A DNA stretch of 56,910 nucleotides from Chlorokybus atmophyticus. Its lineage: Eukaryota > Plantae > Mesostigma and Chlorokybus algae. This document shows positions 33,909 through 46,182 of this stretch, in pieces. The position numbers were made by a program, and so were the translations under genes. Below the pieces are notes generated by a model that saw nothing but the letters and a program-made list of their open reading frames with translations, made no database searches and was not told the DNA's origin. Within the stretch, counting starts at the first letter, position 1. Each line of letters opens with the position of its first letter. The stretch covers positions 63,892 to 120,801 of the forward strand of contig RHPI01000863.1 in the NCBI GenBank assembly GCA_009103225.1, in the 5' to 3' direction.

Positions 33909-36900
33909 TCAGACAATCTCTCCTGCGAGCGGCACGAACGGCGTCGTTGCGAGGCACGCCACATCCGCCTGCATGCTGAACTCCATATCAAAGGTCACAT
34001 AAGGCGGTCCGTTGCTCGCCTCGTGCACCTCCACAGCGAGTACTTGCGGCCCGTCCGCGCTCACGAGTCCCGCCGCGAGTGGGTACGTGTTGAAAGCCAG
34101 TCCATCCGTTGGCGCTAGTGCCATTGTGTTGTTGGAGATGGTGACCATGTTGTTGGGCATGTTGACACGCAGCGCCTCCACACCGTTCAGGTACATGATG
34201 AAGCCGTCGCGGGTGCGTATGTTGGCGAGGTAGGTGTGCGCGCAGTGCGTGGCGGACAGGGTGAACGTCTTTCTGAAATAGGCTGTGGTCAAGTGCATGC
34301 GTGCGATGACGGTTTGATCCGCAAAGGGAAGCTTGTTGTAGAAGCCGAGTGGGGAGCGGCCGGAGAGCCATGTTGTGTCGTCGTAGGCGGGAGAAGTCCA
34401 GGAAGAGTCGGGGGCGCCGTCGTCCTTGTAGTTCCAGGCGCTGTACGTCTTGAACACAGACAGAGGACCCGTGCTGGTGTGGGGAGATGTGTTAGTGCCT
34501 GCGTGCGTGCGTGTGCGCGTGCGTATGTGCGTGTGTGTGTGCGTGTGTGTACCTTTGGACGCAGAGTGGGTTGTTGCCGCACGGTGCTGCGATTGTGGCG
34601 GTAAGCGACGCCTCGTTCTCCAGATTGTTGTACTGGCTGACCTTGTGCACCTCCACGGCGAGTCGGTTCACTCCCCCGCGCAGGTTGAGCGGCGCCGCGG
34701 GGAGCGTCATGTTCACCAGCTTCGCGTAGTTGGAGTTGTAGGTGGGGTTGTTGAGGTTGGCCCACGTTGACACGCTCGGGGGCCCGGGCGGCATGTTGAG
34801 TCTAGCCAGCTCCACACCGTTGACCCACACAACCGCACCTTGTTGTGCCAGACTCTGCAGGTCAAGAGATGTGACGGCCGCAGCGGTGGCGTTGGAAGCC
34901 AACGTGAAGTCCACGACGAAGTAACCCGTCGGGGAGTACTGCCCGTTGAGTCTCACTTGTGCCATGAGTGTGTTGGCTGGGTAAGATGGTGCTGTGGATG
35001 TTGTGATGGGTGCGGGTCCAAGCGGCCACCCGTTGGCCGACGGCGTGAAGTTGCCGTTGGGACCACCCGGCGGGTTCTTCCAGTTGGGTACCTCCAGGTT
35101 GACGTGTCGGTAGTACCACGCGGGGTGTTGGAGTGGGATGATAGGGAGGGAGGTAGTGTTGGACAGCGCGCGACACGCCGCGAGGTAGCAAACGCTGCCC
35201 TGAGCGCAGTCCAGGTAGGTGCTGTTGCTGCTCGGGTCCGTGTTGGACGGCACATCAATACTACCATCACAATCGTTGTCCACACCGTCGCACACCTCGG
35301 GGTCCGCTTGCACATCGCAGGGGAGATACGCCCCGTTGACACACACTTGCACTCCCTGATGACAACCCGCTTGACACGTCAACGTGAGCGGGATGGTTGT
35401 GCCGGGCTGGTTGTCGATGTATCCATCATGGTCGTCATCCTTGCCGTTGCACACCTCCACAGCCCAATTGGCTAGTGGTACCAATGGTGGTGGTGGGATG
35501 GATGTACAGTTGGACAACTGGAACAACACGGCCACGCGGGTGGACGTGACGAGGCTTCCCGGGCGCACGATGAGGTTGGACACGCCCGTGTTGGGGTCCT
35601 CGGGGTACTTGGGTGAGAGAGCGAGAGGTGTTGGGTCAGATGTGACCACAGCAAAGGACGCATCGGCCGGTGAGAGGATAGTCCCAACCAAGGTGAGACC
35701 ATTTTGTGTGAGGCGGGCTGTTCTCCCGTCCAACGCCACGCTCACGGCGGCACGCGTGTGGAACATCGACACGACATCAACAGGGTTGGCGGCAGTAATC
35801 TCATCTTGCACGAGGAGTCTGCTACCTGACCCAACATCTTTGAGTAACATCACGCCACGAAGCACAGATACGGCATCGGGGTACGCCTCGGATAGGTCCG
35901 CGACAACGAGGGCACGCGTGGAGTTGGAGTAGGTTGTGATGATGGGTGTGTTGACTGCGGCGCCAATGTTGGATGGCTGGCTGTTGAAGTAGAGTGGCTG
36001 CTGCACCGCTCCCGCTTTGATCGCCAACGTGTTGTGTCCCTCGGAACGCACGCGGTAGAGTGTCCACCTCTTCGGTGCGAAGTAACCGGGCAGCAAGTAG
36101 TCGTCCGTGCCGAGGTCGATGAACCAGCGCACGCCGTTGGTCTCGAACATGAAAGAGCCCAAGTCCAGGTGCATGTGGCCGTTGCGGTTGGGACCCTGCC
36201 CGGCTTTCAGGAAGAGGTAACCGGCGCTGCCGTCCATCCAAGCGGAACGGTAAGAGATCGTGTCCACGCGGTAACCCTGGGAGAAGAGATGCACTCAGCG
36301 AGTGTGTGTGAGGGTTCTGATACTGACACAGTACCACAGCACCCACACGCACATACGCGCACGCACAAAGGACCATGTGTCTTTACCTGGTTTCTGCTGT
36401 CGAGTGGCGGGAACGCGCTCAGCGGCGGCGCCGCGGTGGTCCACTGCTGCCAGTTGGCACTCCCCAACCACAGCACTCTGTATATCCCTCCGGTCAACCC
36501 GAGCCTCCTCTCATTGGCCGCAAGGAAGGTGTCATTAAACTTCCTCGCAGCGTATATCGTCCAGTGAGATGAAATAGGGTCTTCGTGTGCGTCGGAGAAG
36601 CACGCGTTGGATCCCGAGGGGGCGATGGTGTATATGCGGGAGTAGGCGGCGGCGTACATGGCGGACCCATCGCCGAGGAGGCCGAAGTCCGTGCCGAGGG
36701 CGGACTCGATGGAGGTGAGGGAGAAGGCCATGTTCATGCCCGTGTTGGACATGTACGTCGTGCCCTCGTTCCAAGCGCCGGTGGGACTGTACATCTGCTT
36801 GCAACGCCAGATGGCCATCAAAGAACGACGAAGGATCTGCGCCAGATTGGGGTAACATAGTCAGTAACGACAACAACAACAATGATGACAACGCTGATAA

Positions 36901-38902
36901 TGATGACACACACACAGATGCACATGGGCGCGTGCGCACATACACACAAGCACACGACAACAGCAACACTTACATTCTCGCACAACACCGGGTCTCTTTC
37001 TGCGAACGCGACGGCTGCCATGACCCATCCGAACAGCGAGTTGATGGCAATGTTGTAGTCCAGCTGCGCGACGTAGTCCAGATTGTTCGCCGGGTAGTTG
37101 TCCGTGAGCAGCGATGGCAGGAACGCCTTGTTGAGAATAGAGTTCCACATGAGCGTCTTGTCGTCCTCAGTGAGGTAGTCGTTCATCCAGTCGTAGGCGA
37201 AGGCAAGGGCGGCCATGTAGTTGCCCATGCCCATGTAGCCGGGGTCGGGGATGCGGCCGGCGTTCCACGTGTCCGCGTCCAGGGAGCACACCAGGAGGAC
37301 GTCCAAACGGGCGGCGACGGCGAGGGAGGTGTCGTTGTTGAGGATGTAGGTGCCAGCCATCACAGCAACACGGTCCTACACATGTCACAGTATCAGATAC
37401 CATGCACACACACACACACATACACACGCACATCCACATGCACGCACACGCACACGCGCCCACCCACTCACCCACCCCAACCCCCACATACACATGCACT
37501 CATCACTGACCTGGAAGCTCCTTGCGGACGTGTCCGTTGTGCTGTTGACCGCCGCGCTGGCGTACGCCTGCGAGAAGGCCGACGAGCACCATCCCGGCAA
37601 CACCGAGGCCGTGGACCCCGTCCACGTGCACGCCGTCCTCAACACGGGCAACGTGTCCGTGTTGATCATCATGCGGGGGTGCGTCGGCCTCAACGTCACA
37701 AACAAGTTGGTATCGGGGATTGGGCTTGGGTCGTGCGCCAACTTGGGTGGGGGAGGAGGAGGAGGAGGAGGTGGCGGAGGTGGAGGAGGAGAAGGAGGAG
37801 GAGGGGACGGCTTGGGNGCCGTGGGGATAGCAGCGCGCGCAGCAGCGAGGTCCGCCTCAAGAGCCTCGCGCTCCTACACACAAGACAACCGGGGCGTGTG
37901 CATATCAACACACACACACACACACATACACGCGGCTGGATGGATGCTTACGCATGCTATCCTCACCCACCTGTGCCCATTGATGAGACACGCGCTCGGC
38001 GTCCTGAGCGAGGTTGTCCGCCTGATTTCTCAAAGCACTCCGAGTGTTCTCCTGTACGCATTGTTGATGAACACTGTAACATGCACACTAACATGTGTGC
38101 ATGTGCGTGTACTGATGAAAGTCACACATGTGGTGCATCTGCATGCGTGCGCGTGTGCACACGCGCACGCACGCACGCGCTGTCTTGCCTGTAACTCCAG
38201 CAAACGCTGCCGCAGCGCATCGGCAATCATCTCCGCCGCGTTGACCCTTTGCTGCATCTCTGCCTTCAGGGAGGCAAAGGAGGTGGGGGTGGGGAGGAGG
38301 GAGGAGGGGGAGGCTGGTTGCACACGGCGGGGAGGGCACCCGTAGGAGTGTAGCACTGGTCGGGACCGCGCCATGTCGGGTAGGCTATGTAGGACAGCTG
38401 CGTTCACACACACACACACACATGCAAACGTCAGCACACAGGCCAGATGTGAGAGAGATCTGCGTGCATGGTCTGCATGTGCAGGTACCGGAGGTATGAC
38501 GTAGTCCCTGCTGCACGGCGTGACGCCCAAGTACGTGGCGCACGTCTGGCCGACCGCCTTTGCAGTTATCGTCACATTGCACCCCGCGAGTGTGGCATTA
38601 CTCGCTTGCGCGCTCTGTATGGACGACACGGCCGCGGACCACAACCCGTTGGCATCGGTCTTTGGCGACTTCAGCGCGAGTTGTGCCCCCGTCATGTCGG
38701 TGCACAACACCTTCATGGACACGTTGGCGAGGGGGAAGCACTGGGGGCTGAAACCGCCGTCGCGGCAGGCGTCGCAGATGACGCGGCCCGTCACGAGGAT
38801 GGTGTTGGACTGCGAGGACACGGGACGGGAGAGGAGGGAGAGGGAGAGGAAGAAGAAGAGGGGGAGGAAGAGGGAGGGGGAGGGGAGGCGGATGGGAGCC
38901 AT
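33909..38902 (-). CDS. Secreted multidomain protein (~1330 aa): signal peptide, Pollen Ole e 1-like domain, Pro-rich linker, heparinase II/III-like polysaccharide lyase, two MopE-type metal-binding repeats, two galactose-binding-like beta-sandwich domains
   Basis: Six exons: 38902-38489, 38397-37511 (interrupted by a 450-bp insert), 37375-36974, 36836-36387, 36276-34553, 34473-33909; GT-AG junctions keep the frame. Motifs VTGRVICDAC...TDANG...C; LAFAYDW; WNEGTTY; GHMHLDLGSF...DLGTDDY.LPGYF...RWTLYRVRSEGHNTL; EVCNGKDDDHDGYID and EVCDGVDNDCDGSID; YFRKTF...YLNGVE..RVNMP...LAVEVH. Confidence 0.88.
37818..38267. repeat. 450-bp exact copy of 44954-45403
   Basis: Appears identical including the (CA)9 run; abuts an N at 37817. 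Confidence 0.92.
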
Positions 38903-39519
38903 GTTGGAGATGCCTGCAGTGAGCAGGACACAACATGGACAGTGTCAGACAGCGTATGACGGTGAGGGATTCATTCTGTGCTGCACCCGTGTACTCACAC
39001 GCACACGCACACACGCGAACACGCTTGTGGTGAGTGCTGATGCACACAGCGTACCTGTTTTTTTGGGTTGGTTTCTGGTGTCAAGTTTAGGATGCGAAGG
39101 CAAGGGTGCTGCTCCAGAAGGGTGGAGACCGGCTTCGTTGACGAGAAGAAGCTTGCTGCTGCGGTGTGGAGAGTGTGCGCCGCAGGAAAGGATAGGTATG
39201 CTTGATAGAGTACAGCGAGTACAGCAAGCAAGAATGGTAAATGGTTGAATGTGTTTCAAAGAATGAGCGATGAATGTGTGAACTATGTCAACACAAGAAT
39301 GTATGAGCGGGGTGCGACTGTGTGCCTAGCATGCACAGGGTCTTTGGGTTGGGGTAGGCAGCCTGGTCTCCTGTGCAATGTGCTGGCTAGACCAACACGC
39401 TCACTCCACCCACCCACACCAACAAGCCTGGGCGTGGCCTGCCCTGGCCTGGGCCCTGGCGCCTGGCGCAGGGATGAATGAATGACTGCTTGCTTCGCTA
39501 CAGCCAGGGCCCACCCCCC

Positions 39520-39525
39520 TATATA
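39520..39525 (-). promoter_or_regulatory. Possible TATA box upstream of the lyase gene
   Basis: TATATA followed on the minus strand by a G run, ~620 bp upstream of the ATG; the intervening sequence resembles a UTR with intron(s). Confidence 0.3.
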
Positions 39526-41915
39526 CGGCCGCGGTCAAAAGTCTCCTTTTCATGAGACTTGAGACTTTGCCATTTATTTTGACCGAGTCGTGTCGCGCAG
39601 TCCTAATTAAGCCCCCATTCTTCTTCCAACATGTCTGGTCGACGATACTTCCGTGTTGATCAGAGATCTCACCGCGGCCTATATGCGGAAGCCTGCCGGC
39701 TTGATCTCAAGTCGTGTGCGGTTACGTCCGGCCGTTCACCGGGCGGTTTCTCTGGACGCATTCCGGCCAATCAGCCAGCCGCCGTTTCGAATGGCTCGAT
39801 CTGACACGGGACAGGGGCCGCCGTTTTATCGCTGGCTGGGCGACATTGACCGGTGTCTGACGGTTGACAGGCTGCGGCCGCTTGTGTCAGGTCTACTTAA
39901 CCGTTGCTCTGTCTCCATCACGTGATGCACTGCGGAACTTCCAGCAGGGAAGCTACAGCCATCTAACGCCGCTACAAGAATGTAGTCTATCACCAAGGTT
40001 TCTATTCTTATGGTGGGGCTACGCTATTGGTCGACACAAATAAACGATACATAAACATGCGATCCATAAAAATATATGTATAGTATCATATGTATATGCA
40101 CACACACATATGGCAACTATAATAGTATCATATACTCTATATATACGTGCATACATATACATGCTCCGTATCTGCTCATGCCCACTGCACCGTCTTGCAT
40201 TTGCACATAGCGCAATAGACTATCCAGTCTAATCCCCTGCTGTAATTAAGCTTGCCTGCTCATGCCTTGTTCCTTTCTAACTTTATGCTTGCCACATGTG
40301 CATGTATGTGTGCATGATTGTGCATTGCACACCGACTTCATATTATGTACATAGCGGTGTATATAGTAGTATCGCAAATACTAGCCTGGTGCAGCACACG
40401 GTATACATTATGCTTGTTTTTATTAGAGTGCATAGCGCTTGCAGTATATTTCACCATGTATATAATGCATATGAATTCGTGTCACGCACTAAGAAGAGTT
40501 GTTTGCCTTATATTTGAGCATAGCTTTTGTAAAATAATTTGTTAAACATGTTTTATGTTACAGGTTCCAATCAACCCTTTACAACACAATTACAATAGTT
40601 ATATGTTTACATGTTTTACGGTGCCAAGTCAGATGTTACAGGGCTCTTCCTACTCTTCAGTTCAAACGATTGTGCACACGCACATAATGTGTGTGCGTGT
40701 GTTGCGCTTGTATGTGCCTACAGATAAACGTTATGGTGTTTGCGCCATATTTCATAAAAGATATTGATGACCTTGCACTTGCAGTTATACAACAATTCAT
40801 TAAACCACATGTCAACAAGTTACACAAATGCTTATAAACCAGTTGCTCCTCCCTAATCAGACATAGATTGTGAGGCTGACACGCTTGCCTCAACAGCAAA
40901 AGCTTTATACTTAACGTTGTTGAGTTCATATATGATTACCATGTGTATTTAAAACGACCGATCATAAATAATCATCCACAATATCATTATATCATCAATA
41001 GCATTGTATTTAACATAACAATTACCTGGGTCAGCAGCTCATCGTTACACGCACGCACGCTACAAAGTTAGGATTGAAGTTTGAGTATAAGTATTGAGAT
41101 CAGAGAGTCAAGCAAACATTGCTAAAGATCACCATTGTACATCATCGCAAGCTATAACGGCACTGCCTACGAAAAAGTGGGAGTCATTTGCATGCGCTTT
41201 GAATCTCTAATACTAGCCATGCAATTGTTAATCGCCCAATGACATAGACAATGATGCCAATCTTTGCCAACCATGAAACGCGCACAGCAAACACATAAGA
41301 GAGAGAGAGGCAAAAAGAGACCATGCATGCGCATCAGACTCAAAGGGCCCCAAGCTTCTACTATGGCGAGAACCAACCTACTTGCACACGCGTTAAGCAG
41401 CTTTGCGCTATGTGGCATATGTATGCTTCGTCCTACTTGTTCGTTCCGTTGCATATGTCGCTTATGTTAATGGCAAACGTTTAAATCGTTTACCGAGAGA
41501 CATATTGTATAATACTGCTCACAAACGTGGTTTACATGCTCATTAAACGTTTTTAATGCATGTTACGATACATTGGTAAACGATAGATTGGTATATACTC
41601 ATTGAGGTAGACCCAGCCAATCGTGTTGTGTGTGGAAATCAATGTTATAACATCGTGGAGTGTGGAGGGCGGAGTGAGTGCGATTGTACAAAAATGGTAC
41701 AACAAACAGACTTATAGCCTAGTATTTTGCATTTTCTAATGTGCACTTCAACCGCCTACTGCTATTCAGCTAGCCACATACCTAATAAATCAATGCAACC
41801 AGTGTAGAACCCGACATGCTACACAACCCACGCCTCCACTTGCCACGCATGCTTTGTAATACTCGTGTTATCAACGACATAACAAACCGTGCAGAGCAAT
41901 TCGTGGAACTCGCCC

Positions 41916-44900
41916 TCAACCGAAGCACCCGCAGCGCGTCTTGCGCTGCGTACACATCAACACAACATGAGCAATGTGAATGTTGTGCGTACTGACGTGC
42001 ACATTTACACATCCGCATCTGCATACGCGCGTGCACACACATACGTACAGTACAGTAACAGGCACATATGCACGCACGCACAAGCGTGTTCTCACCACAG
42101 GGTAGTGTTTAAGCGTGAGGGAATTTCTGGCTCGGAGCTCTTCATCTGCCCATCTGACAGTCTTGCTGAGTGTGGCTTTCATGACAAAGGAGGAGCCCGC
42201 GATGGTGTTGGTGCTGCCGGCCGGAGCCGTGTTGGTGTTGACTCCCTCTCCCTTTGCCATGTCCGCTATCCTCTGGTCCATCCGCTGAGCCCACTCCAAA
42301 TCAGCCTGGCGTGGTGATGTCACAGAAGAGTGAGTGAGTGAGTGTTTCCCTCCTGTCAAAAGTGCTGTGCTTCGCGCGTGGGCATGTGTGCGTGCGTCCA
42401 CATACGCGTGCACGCATGCTTTCATGTGGTCCTGTCTCTACCTGTTGCTTCAGTGCTTTCACTTTATCCAGGTCGATGAGTCCCCACCGGCCGCTCTTCC
42501 GTCTGGGCGGGTCCTTCTTCGACGAGTCCGCGTGGCCGAACAAACGCCATTTGGGCGAAGGCGGGGACACTTCTTGACCGGTCGCATAAGCAGCAAGGCT
42601 TCGCGCTGCCTGATCAGACAGAAGACACAGAACACAGAGAACGCGCGCTCACTACAAAGGTACACTCACACCCAAGCAAAGTACTCGTTCAAACTTGAGA
42701 CAAGACTCCATATACGCGCACACAGACCAGTATGAGGATACATAAGTAGAGGACGACTTTTTGTAGTAGTACACATGCACGAAATGCAGGCTTAGTCCTG
42801 AGATAAATGTTCATGACTGACCTGTTTTAGGACGTCTTGGTTGGAAAGAAGCGAGCTCAGCTTTTTCTGCGTGGCCCCGAGGATGCTCGGGACTTGGCTC
42901 GACGAGTTGCTCGACAACCGCGAGGTGCGTCTGCTGTCGTTGGCACTGCTGCTGTTGTTGTTGTTGTTGACACTGTTTCTCCTGCTCATGCTTTTGAGAT
43001 TGGTGTTGTTTGTATGAAGTCCCCCCTCCTGGTTATAAGTTCCGGACACAGTCGGCAGAGTCCCGGACACGGATGATCGGCGACTGTTTCCCTGTTTAGG
43101 ACTGCCCGTGTTGATGCTGATGTTGTGCATGTTGTTCACGCTGTTGCGTCGGGAGCCGTAAGTGGAGGGCAGTTGCTGCTGCTGCTGTGGTTGGATTGAC
43201 ACGCTCCCTCTTCGCTGCTGGTTGGGACTCGTACTTGCGTTGTTGTTGTTCATGGATGTCTGCGTCACGCTGGCGCGGCGAGGTGAACCGGGGACTGGCG
43301 TGGACGCGCCCGAGTTGGACTTGTGTCTCCTCTGCTCATAGTCACCGCAAGCAAGTGCGTGTGTTTGTGCGTGTACGCATGTATGTGTACGCGAGAGCGA
43401 GTGAGTGTGTGGCGGTGAAGTGGGTGCAATGGGTGAGTCAGGGGACAAGTACCTGATCGGATGTGCTTGGCCTGCGTTCAACTGCTGGCAACTGAGCTGA
43501 TATAGACCTTCGGTTCTGCACATAGTTGACATCAGAATGCATGGTCACTCAAACCACCAACATACGCGCGCGCGCACACGCCTCTGACTTATCATTGTCA
43601 CTTCTGCTACTTACTGATTTGGCCACATTCTCCACTCGAGGATCCGTTGGCATCCCCGCTGCCCCGTGATCTTGTTGCTGTTGGCTGTACCCGCCGCCGT
43701 TCTGGCTCTGCTTGTGGGTGTGCGCGTACGCCTGCATCCCCGAGGGCGACGTCGGCGAAGACGGGGCAGAGGCGTGGTGGATATCGCCGCCGCCAGCGCG
43801 ATCATGCTCCTCCTCGGGCATGTGAGAAGAATATATCGCACCCGCGGGAGTGGATATCGCCGCCGAGTGCGCCAACGCTATCGCATGCTGGGCCCTCTGC
43901 GAGATGACACGTGTGTGTGCGTGTGTGCATGCGTGCGGGCGCGCGTGTGTGTGTGCGTGTATACCTTGGCGAGGTTGATGGTGTCTCTGTGGCTGTTTTG
44001 GGCGATGGCGGCCTCGACCAGGCCGTCGGCAACCTCGAGGTGGGCCTGCACGGCGGCGAGGATACGGGACGCCTCCGCCCACACAACCGTGGAAGAAGCT
44101 CTCATCAACACCTGCGTGAGGCCGCCATTGGTGATGCGTGCGCGTAAATCAGATGCACACCAACACACCTGCACACATGTTTCAGCAACACACGCACACC
44201 ACCGTGCGGGCAGGTGTGCACGCTCATGCGCGCATGCACACACGCGCGCGCAGGTGCCTCACCGCTGATGGGTCTTCTGCGTATGATGTGGAGGTAGGGG
44301 ACGTCGGAGGGAGCAGATCGTTGTGTTGCTGCTGTGGGTGCTGTGGTTGTTGATGGTGCTGTTGGTATAGTGTCGGCAAGGGCTCGGGACCAGGAGGGAA
44401 GGAGGAGGTGTGGCGCAAGACAGACTGAAGCTGCTGCTGCAGTGAGCCCACCTCCACAAGAGCCTAATAACGAAGCATTAACTGTACTGTGTTGGTTGCG
44501 CACGCACGCACGCACGCACGCACCACAGGCTCGCACCTGTCGTTCGTTTCGTCGTGCTTGTTCTAGGTCTGCCCACAGTCTCTCGCACTCTCTCGCTGCC
44601 TCCTGCGCTGCCACGCCGGCCTCCTTGCCCGCAGACACCACGCGAGCCTCGCTCTCTGCGCGTGTGTGTGAGAGAGTGTGTTGGTGTTGGTGTCACACGC
44701 ATGCGGCTTCGCGTGGTGTGTGTATGAGCATACCTGCAATGGCGATGTCGGCCCGCTGCTCTGCCATGCGTGCGCGCTCCAACGCGTCCGCCTTCTCAGC
44801 CTATTGTTGCATTGATGTGTGCACATGCGTGCGCGTGCGTGCGCGAGTGCAAGCACTTGTGCATGCATGTGTGTGTGCACGTGTATGTGGGTTAGAATGA

Positions 44901-46182
44901 TAGGTGCTGCGCGTGAATCAATGCTTACTTGGGCTGCGAGGAGGGACTCTTCCGCCGTGGGGATAGCAGCGCGCGCAGCAGCGAGGTCCGCCTCAAGAGC
45001 CTCGCGCTCCTACACACAAGACAACCGGGGCGTGTGCATATCAACACACACACACACACACATACACGCGGCTGGATGGATGCTTACGCATGCTATCCTC
45101 ACCCACCTGTGCCCATTGATGAGACACGCGCTCGGCGTCCTGAGCGAGGTTGTCCGCCTGATTTCTCAAAGCACTCCGAGTGTTCTCCTGTACGCATTGT
45201 TGATGAACACTGTAACATGCACACTAACATGTGTGCATGTGCGTGTACTGATGAAAGTCACACATGTGGTGCATCTGCATGCGTGCGCGTGTGCACACGC
45301 GCACGCACGCACGCGCTGTCTTGCCTGTAACTCCAGCAAACGCTGCCGCAGCGCATCGGCAATCATCTCCGCCGCGTTGACCCTTTGCTGCATCTCTGCC
45401 TTCTCCTGTTGTCAGGACATCCACCACACTTACAACAATCAACAACAACAACAACAACAACAACCACATTTACGACGCCACAAGACAACAACAACGATGA
45501 CGTTAATGGTACTGACCTGGGAGCGTTTCTGCTGGAGGTCAGCGAGCATGAATAGCTGCTCTTCATACTGTTGCTGTAGGGCCGCCATCTGCTGCTGCAC
45601 GTCGCACAGTATGTTTCATAATTTGTGCATAAGAAGAAAGAAACAACATTATATTGTGTGTTTGATCGCGTGGAGTGCTGCTAGGTGATCACCTCAGGCT
45701 TACCAAAGTAAAGAGCGAAAGCTGCAGTGCGTGCACGTGCACGTGCACGTATTGCACTGTGTGCGGGCGTGCGTGTTTTTCGTGTAGATGTGTGTTGATT
45801 CGTGCGTGTGCCCTCAATCACTCAATTACTACGAAGAACTCCGATCGACCTGGTGTCCACAAGCTGCAACTCCCCCTTTTGATCTCTCACTCACCTGCAA
45901 GGCGATCTCACGCTCCTGCTGCAGCTGCTGCTGTGGTTGTGCGTGTGCGTGTGTGTGTTGTTGCTGCTGCTGCTGCTGTCCATCGTGCTGCTGAGGTGCA
46001 GGTGCAGGTGTTGCCAATGGTGTCGTCCAGGTCGTGGACGTCGACGGCTGCAGGCGAGGGTTGGATAGCAACGCGGATGACGCTGAGGCGGACGCCGAGA
46101 CATAGGAGGTGGATGCGGACGAGGAGGAGGAGGTCAGATATGGTGCACAGAGCGCCTCGAGCTCCGTAATCAACGGCTCCAT
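41916..46182 (-). CDS. Multi-exon Gln/Ser-rich coiled-coil protein of unknown function, ending RKTRCGCFG
   Basis: At least 12 exons between CA/GCAC-rich introns, e.g. MEPLITELEAL...EREIALQ, EKAEMQQRVNAAEMIADALRQRLLELQ, EREALEADLAAARAA, ESEARVVSAG...LEQARRNERQ, KTVRWADEE. Confidence 0.72.

Noticed and set aside
39533-39586. CGGTCAAAA...TTTTGACCG inverted repeat
   Set aside because: Only 9 bp with no clear TSD; could be a MITE remnant but is unsupported.
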